Shown piece after piece: positions 29,389 through 39,998 of a stretch of 64,000 nucleotides of DNA. The stretch lies in contig CABYTX010000001.1 of the NCBI GenBank assembly GCA_902522015.1, forward strand, positions 5,003-69,002, read 5' to 3'. Source of the stretch: an uncultured Alphaproteobacteria bacterium. Its GTDB lineage: Bacteria > Pseudomonadota > Alphaproteobacteria > HIMB59 > GCA-002718135. The notes under the pieces were generated by a model. The model made no database searches and had not been told where the DNA came from. It was given only the letters and a program-made list of their open reading frames with translations. Position 1 is the stretch's first letter, and every line of letters starts with the position of its first letter. The position numbers were made by a program, and so were the translations under genes.

Positions 29389-30537
29389 ATGGAAAATATT
29401 AATTGGAATTATCCTACTACAATCTGGTTTGGTGTTGATAGAATAAAAGAAATACAAAAAGCCTGTGAAGAATTAAATATTCAAAAACCATTAATTGTTA
29501 CTGATAATGGAATTTTAAAAACAAACATTATTAATAAGTTAAATGATTGTTTAGATAAACAGGCAATTGTCTATAGTGATGTTAAATCAAATCCTACAGG
29601 TAAGAATGTTGAAGATGGTGTTAAAGCATTTAATGAAAATAAACATGATGGAGTAATAGCTGTTGGTGGAGGCTCGGGTATGGATACAGGAAAGGCAATT
29701 GCATTCATGGCCAAGCAAGAAAGACCAATCTGGGATTTTGAAGATATTGGTGACTGGTGGACTAGAGCTAATGCAGATTCAATTTTTCCTGTAATTGCTC
29801 TACCTACTACAGCTGGAACAGGTTCTGAAACTGGAAGAGCGTCAGTCTTTACAAACGAACAAACACAAGAAAAAAAAATAATTTTCCATCCAAAAATGCT
29901 TCCATCAATTGTTATCCTTGATCCAAATTTGACAATTCCACTTCCTGCAAATCTAACAGCCTTTACAGGAATGGACGCGCTTGCTCATTGCTTAGAAGCA
30001 TATTTGTCAAATATTTTTCATCCTTATTCTCAAGGTATTGCATTAGAGGGCATTAGATTAGTAAAAAATAATCTTGTTCTTGCTTTTAATGATGGATCAA
30101 ATCTACAAGCTAGATCGCATATGCTAGCATCTTCATCTATGGGCTCAATAGCTTTTCAAAAGGGTTTAGGTGCTATCCATTCTTTAAGTCATCCTGTTGG
30201 TGCAATTTATAATACACATCATGGATTAACCAATGCAGTATTTATGCCATATGTTTTACAATATAATAAAAAAGGAATTGAAGAAAAAATTATTGATATT
30301 TCAAGATATATAAATTTAAAATCAGCAACATTTAATAATTTTATGGATTGGATTTTAGAGCTTAGATCTAATTTAAATATTCCTCATACTTTAAGTGAAA
30401 TAATTGATGATGACAAAAATTTAGAAAAAATGAGTTTAATGGCTTTTAATGATCCATCAACAAGTACAAATCCTATACCAGTTAACGCAGAAGATTTTTT
30501 AAAAATGTATATAAACGCCTTTAAAGGTGATTTATAA
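29389..30537 (+). CDS. Iron-containing (group III) alcohol dehydrogenase
   Basis: 382 aa with 'AVGGGSGMDTGKAIA' and the His-rich 'HSLSHPVGAIYNTHHG'. Confidence 0.9.
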   Translation: MENINWNYPTTIWFGVDRIKEIQKACEELNIQKPLIVTDNGILKTNIINKLNDCLDKQAIVYSDVKSNPTGKNVEDGVKAFNENKHDGVIAVGGGSGMDTGKAIAFMAKQERPIWDFEDIGDWWTRANADSIFPVIALPTTAGTGSETGRASVFTNEQTQEKKIIFHPKMLPSIVILDPNLTIPLPANLTAFTGMDALAHCLEAYLSNIFHPYSQGIALEGIRLVKNNLVLAFNDGSNLQARSHMLASSSMGSIAFQKGLGAIHSLSHPVGAIYNTHHGLTNAVFMPYVLQYNKKGIEEKIIDISRYINLKSATFNNFMDWILELRSNLNIPHTLSEIIDDDKNLEKMSLMAFNDPSTSTNPIPVNAEDFLKMYINAFKGDL

Positions 30538-30539
30538 AT

Positions 30540-32042
30540 TTATAGCGTTGCTCCAATTATCCAAGGATTAAATTCATCGTCACCATAATCATTTATTTCA
30601 CTCTTTGATTTTTTACCCGATGCAACTGAAATTATTTTATCAAATATTTCTTTGCCAACTTCATTAACGCTTGCAATATTATCCATAATAGTACCAGCAT
30701 TGATGTCCATATCTTCACTAAGTTTATTATACATATTTGTATTTGTTGCTATTTTAATACTTGGAGTGGGTTTAAATCCAAAGCACGAACCTCGACCAGT
30801 AGTAAAACAAATAACATTAGCGCCAGAAGCAACTTGACCAGTTACAGATACAGGATCATAACCTGGAGAATTCATAAAGTTAAAACCTTTGGTTTTTACC
30901 TGTTCAGCATAATCGAGAACATCAACCATATTTCTATTTCCAGCTTTGGATACTGCACCTAATGACTTTTCCAGAATTGTAGTTAAACCTCCTTTTTTAT
31001 TACCAGGACTTGGATTATTATCTAATGTGCTATCGTTGCTAGCAACATATTTTTTCCACCATTCAATTTGTTTATTTAGTTTTTCTATATTTTTTTCGTT
31101 TAATGATTTTTCAAATAATAAATGTTCGGCTCCATATATTTCTGGAGTCTCTGATAGTAATGTTGTTCCACCATGATCAATAATCATATCTGAAGCAAAG
31201 CCTAGTGCAGGATTTGCAGTTATCCCAGAATACGAATCTGAACCACCACATTGCAAAGCAACTGTTAGTTCTGAAATGGGTATATTTGTTCTAGAAATAC
31301 TATTAATTTCATTTAGTTGATTAAAAATTTTTGAAGTTACTTTCGTTATTATTTCATTTGTTCCACCTTCATCTTGAATATTCAAATATTCAATATTTCT
31401 TTTTTCCTGATCATTGTTGTACAAACTTATTTGGGCACATTCGCATCCAAGTCCAATAACAAAAACTTTTCCAAAATTAGGATGAATTTTAAAACCTTCA
31501 ATAGTTCTGTTAAATACATTCATGGCATATCCAGAAGTATTCATCCCACAACCAGATGAATGTTTTAAACAAACTGCCCCATCAATGTTATCAAAATTAT
31601 TATCTTTTAAATAATTATTTATTTTATCAGATATTTTTTTAACAACTGTTGCCGAACAATTAACTGTACTAATTAAACCTATATAATTCCTAGTACCTGA
31701 TGATCCATTATTCCTTTTAAAGCCTTTAAAGTATTCTGTTTTTTCACTTTTATTAATATCATTTCTAATATCTTTACGGATATATTCTCTTTTGAATTCA
31801 CTATATCCCATATTATGGGAATGTACATGTTCACCAGGTTCTATATTTTTATTTGAGATTCCTATTATCTGACCATACTTAAAAATAAAATCACCACTTT
31901 TAATTTTTTTTAAAGAAATTTTATGGCCATAAGGAATATTATTTATAGATTTAATTCCATAATTTATATTAATATTCTGAGGAATATCCATTGGAGCAAT
32001 TCCAATATTATCTTTTTCATTTAATTTGATTATGTTAAACAT
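30540..32042 (-). CDS. UxaA family sugar-acid dehydratase (altronate / galactarate dehydratase-like)
   Basis: 500 aa with an N-terminal SAF-like domain ('NDNIGIAPMDI') and the 'IGLGCECAQ' core motif. Confidence 0.8.
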   Translation of the reverse strand: MFNIIKLNEKDNIGIAPMDIPQNININYGIKSINNIPYGHKISLKKIKSGDFIFKYGQIIGISNKNIEPGEHVHSHNMGYSEFKREYIRKDIRNDINKSEKTEYFKGFKRNNGSSGTRNYIGLISTVNCSATVVKKISDKINNYLKDNNFDNIDGAVCLKHSSGCGMNTSGYAMNVFNRTIEGFKIHPNFGKVFVIGLGCECAQISLYNNDQEKRNIEYLNIQDEGGTNEIITKVTSKIFNQLNEINSISRTNIPISELTVALQCGGSDSYSGITANPALGFASDMIIDHGGTTLLSETPEIYGAEHLLFEKSLNEKNIEKLNKQIEWWKKYVASNDSTLDNNPSPGNKKGGLTTILEKSLGAVSKAGNRNMVDVLDYAEQVKTKGFNFMNSPGYDPVSVTGQVASGANVICFTTGRGSCFGFKPTPSIKIATNTNMYNKLSEDMDINAGTIMDNIASVNEVGKEIFDKIISVASGKKSKSEINDYGDDEFNPWIIGATL

Positions 32043-32070
32043 AACTTAGATTAATATATCATAAATAATC

Positions 32071-32841
32071 ATGAACGAAATCGCAACTTATCCATCACTA
32101 AAAGATAGAGTAGTGCTTATTACAGGAGGTGCCTCAGGAATTGGGGAAAGTATTGTCGAACAATTTGCTTCTCAAAAATCAAAAGTTGCATTTTTAGATA
32201 TAAATGATGAGTTAGGTAACGAATTATCAAAAAAAATTAAAAACAAATATGATATTGATAGTCTATTTGTAAAATGTGATTTAAAAAATATAGAACAACT
32301 TAAAAGTTCATTAGAGAAAGTAAAAAAAGAAATTGGGCCAATTTCAATTCTGGTAAATAATGCAGCAAATGATGAGAGACATGATCTAGATAGTGTCACC
32401 CCTGAATATTGGGATGATAGAATGAATATTAATTTAAGACATTATTTTTTTGCAACCCAAGCTGTCTATAAAGACATGAAAGATTTAGGTAAAGGTTCTG
32501 TTGTAAATATAGGTAGTTTTTCATGGATGATTTCTCAAGGCGGTATGCCTGGATATACCACTGCAAAATCTGCTATTATGGGATTAACAAGAACTTTAGC
32601 AAGAGATTTAGGTGTCTATAACATTAGAGTAAATTGTATTGTTCCTGGTTGGATCATTACGGAGAGGCAAAAAAAATTATGGCTTACTCCAGAAATTAAA
32701 AAAACTCAACTTGAGAGACAATGTATTAAGAGAATGCTTATGCCTGAAGATATATCAAAGCCAGTTTTGTTTTTTGCATCCGATCAAAGTTCTGGTTGTA
32801 CCGCACAAAATTATGTAATTGATGGCGGCATAGTTAATTAA
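32071..32841 (+). CDS. Short-chain dehydrogenase/reductase
   Basis: 'ITGGASGIGESI' and the catalytic 'YTTAKSA'. Confidence 0.9.
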   Translation: MNEIATYPSLKDRVVLITGGASGIGESIVEQFASQKSKVAFLDINDELGNELSKKIKNKYDIDSLFVKCDLKNIEQLKSSLEKVKKEIGPISILVNNAANDERHDLDSVTPEYWDDRMNINLRHYFFATQAVYKDMKDLGKGSVVNIGSFSWMISQGGMPGYTTAKSAIMGLTRTLARDLGVYNIRVNCIVPGWIITERQKKLWLTPEIKKTQLERQCIKRMLMPEDISKPVLFFASDQSSGCTAQNYVIDGGIVN

Positions 32842-34028
32842 TGAAAAAAAAATCCAAAATTGCTTTTGGTAGATTAGACTTACTTAGAAATGATACTTTA
32901 AATAATAAAAATAAAATTAGAATTGGTTTTATTGGTGGAGGTCCTAACTCATTTATTGGATACACTCATAGGTTATCAGCAAGATTTGATAATAAATTTG
33001 AATTTGTTGCTGGAATATTTTCAAAAGATAAAAAAAAATCTAAATCTTTTGGTTCTTCATTAGGATTAGCTGATAATCGTTGTTACAGTGATTATAAGTC
33101 TATGGCATCCGCTGAGTCAAAAAGAAATGATGGTATTCAAGCGCTTGGAATAATGACTCCATCGGGTGATCATTATAAGATAGCAAAAGTATTTATTGAA
33201 AAAGGAATACATATTATTTGTGACAAACCTTTAACCGCAACGGTTGAGGATGCTGTTAAATTAAAAAAAATAATTTTAAAAAATAAAATTGTATTTGCAT
33301 TAACACACAATTACTCAAGCTATCCAATGCTACGAGAGGCAAAAAATATTATTTCAAATCATAAATTAGGAAAAATCAATTTAATAAATGTTGAGTACCC
33401 CCAAGGTTATACAGTCGGAGTAAAAAAGAAAGATGAAAAAAGAACATTAAAATGGAGACTAGATAAAAAACAATCTGGGCCCTCAATGATATTATCTGAA
33501 ATTGGAACTCACGCGTATCATTTGCTGAGATATGTGACTGGATTAGAAGCAAATGAAATATCAGCAGAAGTAAATTCATTATCCTCAGAAATTTCAGTTG
33601 ATGATAATGCTTTTGTATTATTAAGAATGCGAAATAAGGCAAGAGGTATGATCTGGGTATCGTCTGCTGCTACTGGTGGAGAAAATGGTCTAAAAATTAG
33701 AGTGTATGGAACAAAAGGTTCAATAGAATGGTTACAGGATGATCCAAATAATCTAAAGTTTACAGAATTAGATAAACCAATGAAAGTTATAACAAGAGCA
33801 AGTAAATTAGTATCTAAATTTTCACTATCATCTTCAAGAATTGCTGCTGGTCACCCAGAAGGTTTCTTTGAAGCTTTTGCAAATATTTATTCAGAATTTG
33901 CTGATCAGATTCATAATAAAAATAAAAAATATTCATTTCCAACAATTGATGATGGTGTCGCTGGTATTAAATTTATTTATGCAGCAAAAAAATCTTCTAA
34001 TTTAAATTCAAAGTGGATAAAAATCTAA
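32841..34028 (+). CDS. Gfo/Idh/MocA family oxidoreductase
   Basis: 395 aa with 'GFIGGGPNSFIG' and 'ICDKPL'. 1-nt overlap with the upstream stop. Confidence 0.8.
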   Translation: MKKKSKIAFGRLDLLRNDTLNNKNKIRIGFIGGGPNSFIGYTHRLSARFDNKFEFVAGIFSKDKKKSKSFGSSLGLADNRCYSDYKSMASAESKRNDGIQALGIMTPSGDHYKIAKVFIEKGIHIICDKPLTATVEDAVKLKKIILKNKIVFALTHNYSSYPMLREAKNIISNHKLGKINLINVEYPQGYTVGVKKKDEKRTLKWRLDKKQSGPSMILSEIGTHAYHLLRYVTGLEANEISAEVNSLSSEISVDDNAFVLLRMRNKARGMIWVSSAATGGENGLKIRVYGTKGSIEWLQDDPNNLKFTELDKPMKVITRASKLVSKFSLSSSRIAAGHPEGFFEAFANIYSEFADQIHNKNKKYSFPTIDDGVAGIKFIYAAKKSSNLNSKWIKI

Positions 34029-34029
34029 A

Positions 34030-35031
34030 ATGATTAATTTTACCTTATTAGGAACAGGAAGAATTGGGAAATTACATGCGTCAATCATAAATGATCATCC
34101 AGAAGCGAGCCTCAAATATGTTTATGACATTGATACAAGCTCTGCTAAAAAAATTGCAAAAAAATATAGTTGTGAAATTGCAAAGACTGCAAAGGAAGCA
34201 ATTTCTTCAGATCAAATAAATGCTATTTTAATTGCTTCTGCCACACCGACTCATACAGATTATATTTCTCTAGGAGCAGAATGTAATAAAGCTATATTAT
34301 GTGAAAAGCCAATTGATTTAGATTTAAATAAAGTAAATAAATGTTGGCAAAAAATTAAAAAATATAAACCAACTATACAAATTGGTTTTAATCGTAGATT
34401 TGATCCTAATCATAATAAAGTACAAAGTGAGGTTCTATCAGGAAAGATTGGTAAAATTGAAATGATTGTAATCACAAGTAGAGATCCTTCTCCACCTGGT
34501 ATTGATTATTTAAAACAATCGGGTGGAATTTTTAGAGATTGTTCAATTCATGATTTTGATTTGGCACGATTTATTCTTAATAATGATCCAATTGTAGAAG
34601 TTTTTGCACAAGGTTCTGTAAATGTATCAAATGATTTTAAGGTTACCAATGATTATGACACAACTATGTGTTTTATGAAATCAAAAAAAGGTGTTTTAGT
34701 TCATATAAATAATTCAAGAAGAGCCGTCTATGGTTATGATCAAAGACTCGAAGTATTTGGAAGTAATGGAATGTTAATTTCTGATAATGTTCCAAATAAT
34801 GATATCAATTACTATAATCAAAATTTATCATTTGCAAAAAAACCTATTAAAAATTTTTTTATTGAAAGATACAAAGATGCTTATCAAATTCAATTAGATC
34901 AATTTATTAAATCAATAAAAAATAAAAAAAATATATCAGTCACTTTTGAGGATGGAAAGAATGCTTTAATTCTTGCTAATTCAGCTACTAAATCAGCAAA
35001 ATTAAATAAAGTTGTAAAACCAAAATTTTAG
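34030..35031 (+). CDS. Gfo/Idh/MocA family oxidoreductase (inositol 2-dehydrogenase-like)
   Basis: 333 aa with 'LLGTGRIGKLH' and 'LCEKPI'. Confidence 0.75.
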   Translation: MINFTLLGTGRIGKLHASIINDHPEASLKYVYDIDTSSAKKIAKKYSCEIAKTAKEAISSDQINAILIASATPTHTDYISLGAECNKAILCEKPIDLDLNKVNKCWQKIKKYKPTIQIGFNRRFDPNHNKVQSEVLSGKIGKIEMIVITSRDPSPPGIDYLKQSGGIFRDCSIHDFDLARFILNNDPIVEVFAQGSVNVSNDFKVTNDYDTTMCFMKSKKGVLVHINNSRRAVYGYDQRLEVFGSNGMLISDNVPNNDINYYNQNLSFAKKPIKNFFIERYKDAYQIQLDQFIKSIKNKKNISVTFEDGKNALILANSATKSAKLNKVVKPKF

Positions 35032-35046
35032 TTATAGATAAATTCT

Positions 35047-35877
35047 ATGAATGAACAATTTAAAGATAAGGTCATTATAGTTACAGGTAGTACACAAGGT
35101 AGTGGTGCTGAAACAGCGAGATTATTAGCTAGCAGAGGTGCTAAAGCAATTACAATTTGTGGGAGACAAGAAAATAAAGGTCTTGAAGTTAAAAATCAGA
35201 TTGAAAAATTAGGCACTGAGTGTTTGTATATAAAAGCAGACCTTAAAAATGTTGATGATTGCAAAAAAATTGTTTTAGAGACTGATAAAAAATTTGGAAC
35301 AATAAATTCTTTAATTAATGTTGCAGGATACACAGAAAGAGGAACAATTCTAAGTGCTACTCTAGAAAATTATGAAAATAATTATAATATTAATACCCGT
35401 GCACCTTTCATATTAATGCAAGAGACAATTAAAATAATGATTAGAGATAAGAACAAAGGAACAATTGCAAATGTATTATCTATGGCAATGTATAGTGGTA
35501 TGCCATTTATTGTTGCTTATAGTGGTTCAAAAGCTGCTTTAGCTACAATGACAAAAAATATTGCAAATTCTGTCGTTAGTTATCAAATAAGAGTAAATGC
35601 CTTAAATATTGGATGGACAGACACTCCTGCTGAACATGATATTCAAACAAGAGTTCATAAAAAAAATCCTAATTGGTTGCAAGATGAAGAAAAAAAAGTT
35701 CCTTTTAACAGATTGATTAAGCCTATCGATGTAGCAAAGGGATTAGCTTTTATGTGCTCAGAAGAATCTGGATTAATGACAGGTAGTGTAATTGATTTTG
35801 ATCAAACAGTACATGGCTGGCACTCTTACTCAGCATATGAAACTAGAGTTTTGGATGATTCTCTACTAGGAGAATAA
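35047..35877 (+). CDS. Short-chain dehydrogenase/reductase
   Basis: 276 aa with 'VTGSTQGSGAET' and 'YSGSKAA'. Confidence 0.85.
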   Translation: MNEQFKDKVIIVTGSTQGSGAETARLLASRGAKAITICGRQENKGLEVKNQIEKLGTECLYIKADLKNVDDCKKIVLETDKKFGTINSLINVAGYTERGTILSATLENYENNYNINTRAPFILMQETIKIMIRDKNKGTIANVLSMAMYSGMPFIVAYSGSKAALATMTKNIANSVVSYQIRVNALNIGWTDTPAEHDIQTRVHKKNPNWLQDEEKKVPFNRLIKPIDVAKGLAFMCSEESGLMTGSVIDFDQTVHGWHSYSAYETRVLDDSLLGE

Positions 35878-35963
35878 TTAATCACTTATTTCTCAACCAT
35901 TTTTTAATTTTTAACTATAATTTATAATTTACACAAATTTAAATATTAATTAATAAACTAAAA

Positions 35964-37040
35964 ATGGGAAAAAAAATAATTTCTATTAATGAAGGAAAAT
36001 TATCAGAGTTTAAACTTCATAGCATTTGGCTTCGTGAAAGATTAAATGGGAGTGAATTTGTAGACCAAAATAATTTACAACGTTTATATGAACCAAGCCT
36101 TTTAGATGATAATCTATTTATAAATTCTCATAATGTTAACGAAAATATATTAAATGTTGAATTTAGTGATGGAGCAAAAGGATCTTTTAATATTGATGAT
36201 CTTTATAATGAAATCAATAATATTGATGTCATACCTGAAAAAAAAATATGGAATGTCAGTGAACAAAATTTGGAAATTTTTGATAATAATAAAATCTTTG
36301 AGAATAAAAAGGAACTTATCAATATGCTTAAAGTATTTTATCAATATGGTTATGTAATAATTGAAAATACAAAAGCAGAAGAAGATGAAGTTATAAATTT
36401 TGCTGAAAAATTAGGCCCAGTTCGAGCAACAAATTTTGGAAAATTATTTAACGTTGTCTCAAAACCAAATCCAAATGATCTTGCCTATACTGCATTAGAG
36501 TTAACTTCGCATTCTGATAACCCATATAGAAAGCCTGTTCCTGGAATTCAATTACTTCATTGTATTGCTAATGAATCTACAGGAGGAGACTCAAGTTTAG
36601 TTGATGGTTTTAGTGTTGCAAATTTTTTAAAACATAACCAACCTGAATTTTATAAAGTATTAACTGAAACTAATGTTACTTTTAAATTTACAGATATTGA
36701 TACTATTTTAGTTGATGAAGCAAAATTAATTGAACTAGACCATAATAATAACTTTAGACAAATACGATTTAGTGGAAGACTTGATTATGTTCCATTATTA
36801 GAGGAAAACAATCTTGATCTCTTTTATAATGCTAGAAAATATATGTTCAAACTTTGTAACTCTGATGATTTCAAAATTAAATTTAGATTATCTAGAGGAA
36901 TGATTGCAATGTTTGATAACCTGAGATTATTACATGGAAGAACTAAATTTGATCCAAATACTGGTTTTAGACATCTACAAGGATGTTATATTGATCATGA
37001 TGTCACTGAGGGTAAGCTTAGAAGGTTACTAAAACCCTAA
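35964..37040 (+). CDS. Fe(II)/2-oxoglutarate dioxygenase, gamma-butyrobetaine hydroxylase / TauD family
   Basis: 358 aa with a DUF971-like N-terminus ('FKLHSIWLRERL'), the facial triad candidates 'HSDNPY' and 'LLHGRTKF', and 'PGIQLLHC'. Confidence 0.7.
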   Translation: MGKKIISINEGKLSEFKLHSIWLRERLNGSEFVDQNNLQRLYEPSLLDDNLFINSHNVNENILNVEFSDGAKGSFNIDDLYNEINNIDVIPEKKIWNVSEQNLEIFDNNKIFENKKELINMLKVFYQYGYVIIENTKAEEDEVINFAEKLGPVRATNFGKLFNVVSKPNPNDLAYTALELTSHSDNPYRKPVPGIQLLHCIANESTGGDSSLVDGFSVANFLKHNQPEFYKVLTETNVTFKFTDIDTILVDEAKLIELDHNNNFRQIRFSGRLDYVPLLEENNLDLFYNARKYMFKLCNSDDFKIKFRLSRGMIAMFDNLRLLHGRTKFDPNTGFRHLQGCYIDHDVTEGKLRRLLKP

Positions 37041-38104
37041 TTGACTTCGAAGATCTTTTCAGCAGGATAAAAATTTAATATTTTACTATACCAATTACTA
37101 TAATTATTTCTTTCAATTAATGAAACTGTAAAACCACCAAATCCACCACCAGTCAATCTGGCGCCTAGAGCACCACATTCAACCGATCTCTGAACAATTA
37201 AATCAACATCTAAAGTAGATGCTTCAAAATCTTTAGAATATGATACGTGACTTTCATTCATTAATTTTCCAAACTCCTGAATATTATTTTCTATTAAATT
37301 TTTTTTTGCATTAATCACTCTATCATTTTCAAAAACTACATGCTTTGCTCTTTTTGCTATAGTATTATTGTCAAATTTATTTGTTTGAAAATTTTCTTTT
37401 TTAACTTCACCTAAATATTCTACACCAAGTTTTTTTTCAGCCTCTTCGAGTTCAGCAAATCTTTCATTATAAGAGCTATCTCTTAAATTTCGTTGTACTT
37501 CAGAGTCAATCAAACAAAATTTCCAATTTTCTGGAAAATTAATAAGTTCGTATTCTAAATTCTTACAATTCATAAAAAATGCTTTGCCATGAATACCAAT
37601 AGAAGAGACCATTTGATCCATTATTCCACCAGAAACACCTATATAGTTGAATTCTACTTTCTTTGCTAATTTTGCAATTTCTGGATCTTTGATTTTTGTT
37701 TCAAAAAAAGTATTAAGTGCTTTTAGTGTAGCAACACACAATGCTGAAGATGATGAAATACCTCTTTCTAAAGGTATATCAGATGAAATAAAAATGTTTA
37801 AAAATCTAGATGAAATCTTATTTTCATCAAAAAAAATATGCAAACAACCTTTTATATAATCAACCCACTCATTGTTTATTGATTTTTTGAAATCATTGAA
37901 TATTTTTTTTTCTTTAAAATGTTGAGAATAAACTGTGAATTCATTAGAATTATTTTGAGATATCTCAATGGTATTTTTAAAAGATAAAAGTGTAGGCATG
38001 ACATATCCACCAGTATAATCGGTATGTTCACCAATTAAATTTACTCTTGCATGAGCACTTCCCTTTACTTCTGCGTCTATATTAAATATATCTTTAAAAC
38101 TCAT
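37037..38104 (-). CDS. galK: Galactokinase-type GHMP kinase
   Basis: 355 aa with the galactokinase signature 'RVNLIGEHTDYTGG', the GHMP motif 'PLERGISSSSA', and 'GARLTGGGFGG'. Confidence 0.8.
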   Translation of the reverse strand: MSFKDIFNIDAEVKGSAHARVNLIGEHTDYTGGYVMPTLLSFKNTIEISQNNSNEFTVYSQHFKEKKIFNDFKKSINNEWVDYIKGCLHIFFDENKISSRFLNIFISSDIPLERGISSSSALCVATLKALNTFFETKIKDPEIAKLAKKVEFNYIGVSGGIMDQMVSSIGIHGKAFFMNCKNLEYELINFPENWKFCLIDSEVQRNLRDSSYNERFAELEEAEKKLGVEYLGEVKKENFQTNKFDNNTIAKRAKHVVFENDRVINAKKNLIENNIQEFGKLMNESHVSYSKDFEASTLDVDLIVQRSVECGALGARLTGGGFGGFTVSLIERNNYSNWYSKILNFYPAEKIFEVN

Positions 38105-38117
38105 ATAATTACTACTT

Positions 38118-39980
38118 ATGACTAATCAAATTAATATATCTTTTACAAATGAAAATAAATTAAAAATTATTCTTGATGATAAATTAGTAGTTTCAAATTT
38201 GAAACTGTGTTTCTCATTAGTTTATTCAATAAAATCTATATCAGGAGGTGAAATAACAAAGCAAATTGGACGTTATTACGAGTTATCTATAAAAAAAAAT
38301 ACAATTTTATTAGATTTACAAATTCCTAAAATTGGTAACTTCAACCTTTCGTGTGGTCCGGAAGGTATTTTCATTATTGATACATTAAACAATAGTAAAT
38401 TAAATATAAATGTTTCAGATTTGATATTTGAAAAACCAATTAAAAAGAAAACTTATGAAGATTTAAAAACAAAAAATTTTATACCTATTATTCCTGAGCC
38501 AGAAAAAATTTATTTACAAAATGAATTTGTAAATATTGAAAATAAAACATTTAATCTAAATACGGAAATTGAAATTATTTCTAATTTGCAAAATATTATT
38601 TACAAATTGGATATTAATTTTACTTCTGAAAAAGGATTTCCAATTTTTTTTAAAAAAGATGATCAGTTATTAAACGATCAATATTTTATGCAGATAACAA
38701 AAGATAATATTGAGATTAAATACAATACTTATGGTGGAAAGCTATATGGTCTTATATCTTTAGTTCATTTAATTGATTATTATCAAACAAAGCTTCCAAT
38801 TTGTACAATTCACGATAATCCAAAATATCAATGGAGAGGAATGCATCTCGATTGTGCAAGACAATTCTATACTATTAATGAAATCAAACGTTTATTTAAT
38901 TACATGGCATTATTTAAGCTTAATAGATTTCATTGGCATTTAACAGATAACGAAGCGTGGAGAATTGAAATTAGAAAATATCCAGATCTAGCATTAAATG
39001 GGGGATACAGAGGGTATAATTTTAAAATACCACCATTGTACGGAAGTGGTTATGATAAATACGGCGGATATTACTCACAGGAAGATATCAAAGATTTAAT
39101 TATATATGCAAAAAAATTAAATATCGAAATTATGCCTGAAATTGATTTACCAGCACATTCTTGGGCATTACTAGAAATTATGCCAGAACTTAGAGAACAG
39201 TCTTCAAATATAGTTAGTGAAGATGTTGGTTCGTATAAGAATAATACAATAAATCCTTCCTTAGAAAAAACTATAACTTTTTTAAAAGATATGTTGAATG
39301 AAGTAAGTGATATCTTCTCATATGATGTAATTCATGTTGGCGTTGATGAAAGACCAAGTAATGCCTGGGAAGGTTCTCCAGCAATTATCGAGTTTATGAA
39401 AAAAAATAATATTAAATCACAAGAGGAATATCAAGATTACTATATGAATTTTTTAATAGATTTTCTAAAATCAAAAAATAAAAGAACAGCTGCATGGAAT
39501 GAGGCGGCAGTGTCTCCTCATATCGATCATGGTGTGGGTGGAAGTGCTGGAAAAATTGATAAATCATGTTTGATCTTTTCATGGGAGCATTCAGATGTTG
39601 CAAAAGAAACTACAAATAAGGGATTTGAAACAATACTTTGTCCCGGTCAAAAAACATATTTTGATATGGCTTATAATAATTCAACTGAAGAAAGAGGTAT
39701 TTGTTGGGCTGCAACTATAGAAGTAAAAGATATTTATGAATGGGACCCAATAAAAGATTTAAATAAATCAGAATTGATAAAAGGGTTACAAGGTCAACTG
39801 TGGTCAGAGACAATTACAGATAAAAAATTTTTTGATCAAATGATCAACCCAAGATTAGCAACTTTATCAGAAGTTGCATGGAAAGGAAAAATTTCAAGAA
39901 AATGGATAGAATTTCGTTCAGCACTTCTACATTCTATGGATTTTTTAAAAAAATTAGGCTGGCGATATCACAATTTTTAA
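38118..39980 (+). CDS. GH20 beta-N-acetylhexosaminidase, no signal peptide
   Basis: 620 aa with 'NRFHWHLTDNEAWR' and the catalytic 'IHVGVDE'. The N-terminus is not signal-like. Confidence 0.85.
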   Translation: MTNQINISFTNENKLKIILDDKLVVSNLKLCFSLVYSIKSISGGEITKQIGRYYELSIKKNTILLDLQIPKIGNFNLSCGPEGIFIIDTLNNSKLNINVSDLIFEKPIKKKTYEDLKTKNFIPIIPEPEKIYLQNEFVNIENKTFNLNTEIEIISNLQNIIYKLDINFTSEKGFPIFFKKDDQLLNDQYFMQITKDNIEIKYNTYGGKLYGLISLVHLIDYYQTKLPICTIHDNPKYQWRGMHLDCARQFYTINEIKRLFNYMALFKLNRFHWHLTDNEAWRIEIRKYPDLALNGGYRGYNFKIPPLYGSGYDKYGGYYSQEDIKDLIIYAKKLNIEIMPEIDLPAHSWALLEIMPELREQSSNIVSEDVGSYKNNTINPSLEKTITFLKDMLNEVSDIFSYDVIHVGVDERPSNAWEGSPAIIEFMKKNNIKSQEEYQDYYMNFLIDFLKSKNKRTAAWNEAAVSPHIDHGVGGSAGKIDKSCLIFSWEHSDVAKETTNKGFETILCPGQKTYFDMAYNNSTEERGICWAATIEVKDIYEWDPIKDLNKSELIKGLQGQLWSETITDKKFFDQMINPRLATLSEVAWKGKISRKWIEFRSALLHSMDFLKKLGWRYHNF

Positions 39981-39998
39981 TGTTAAAGTAAAATAAAT

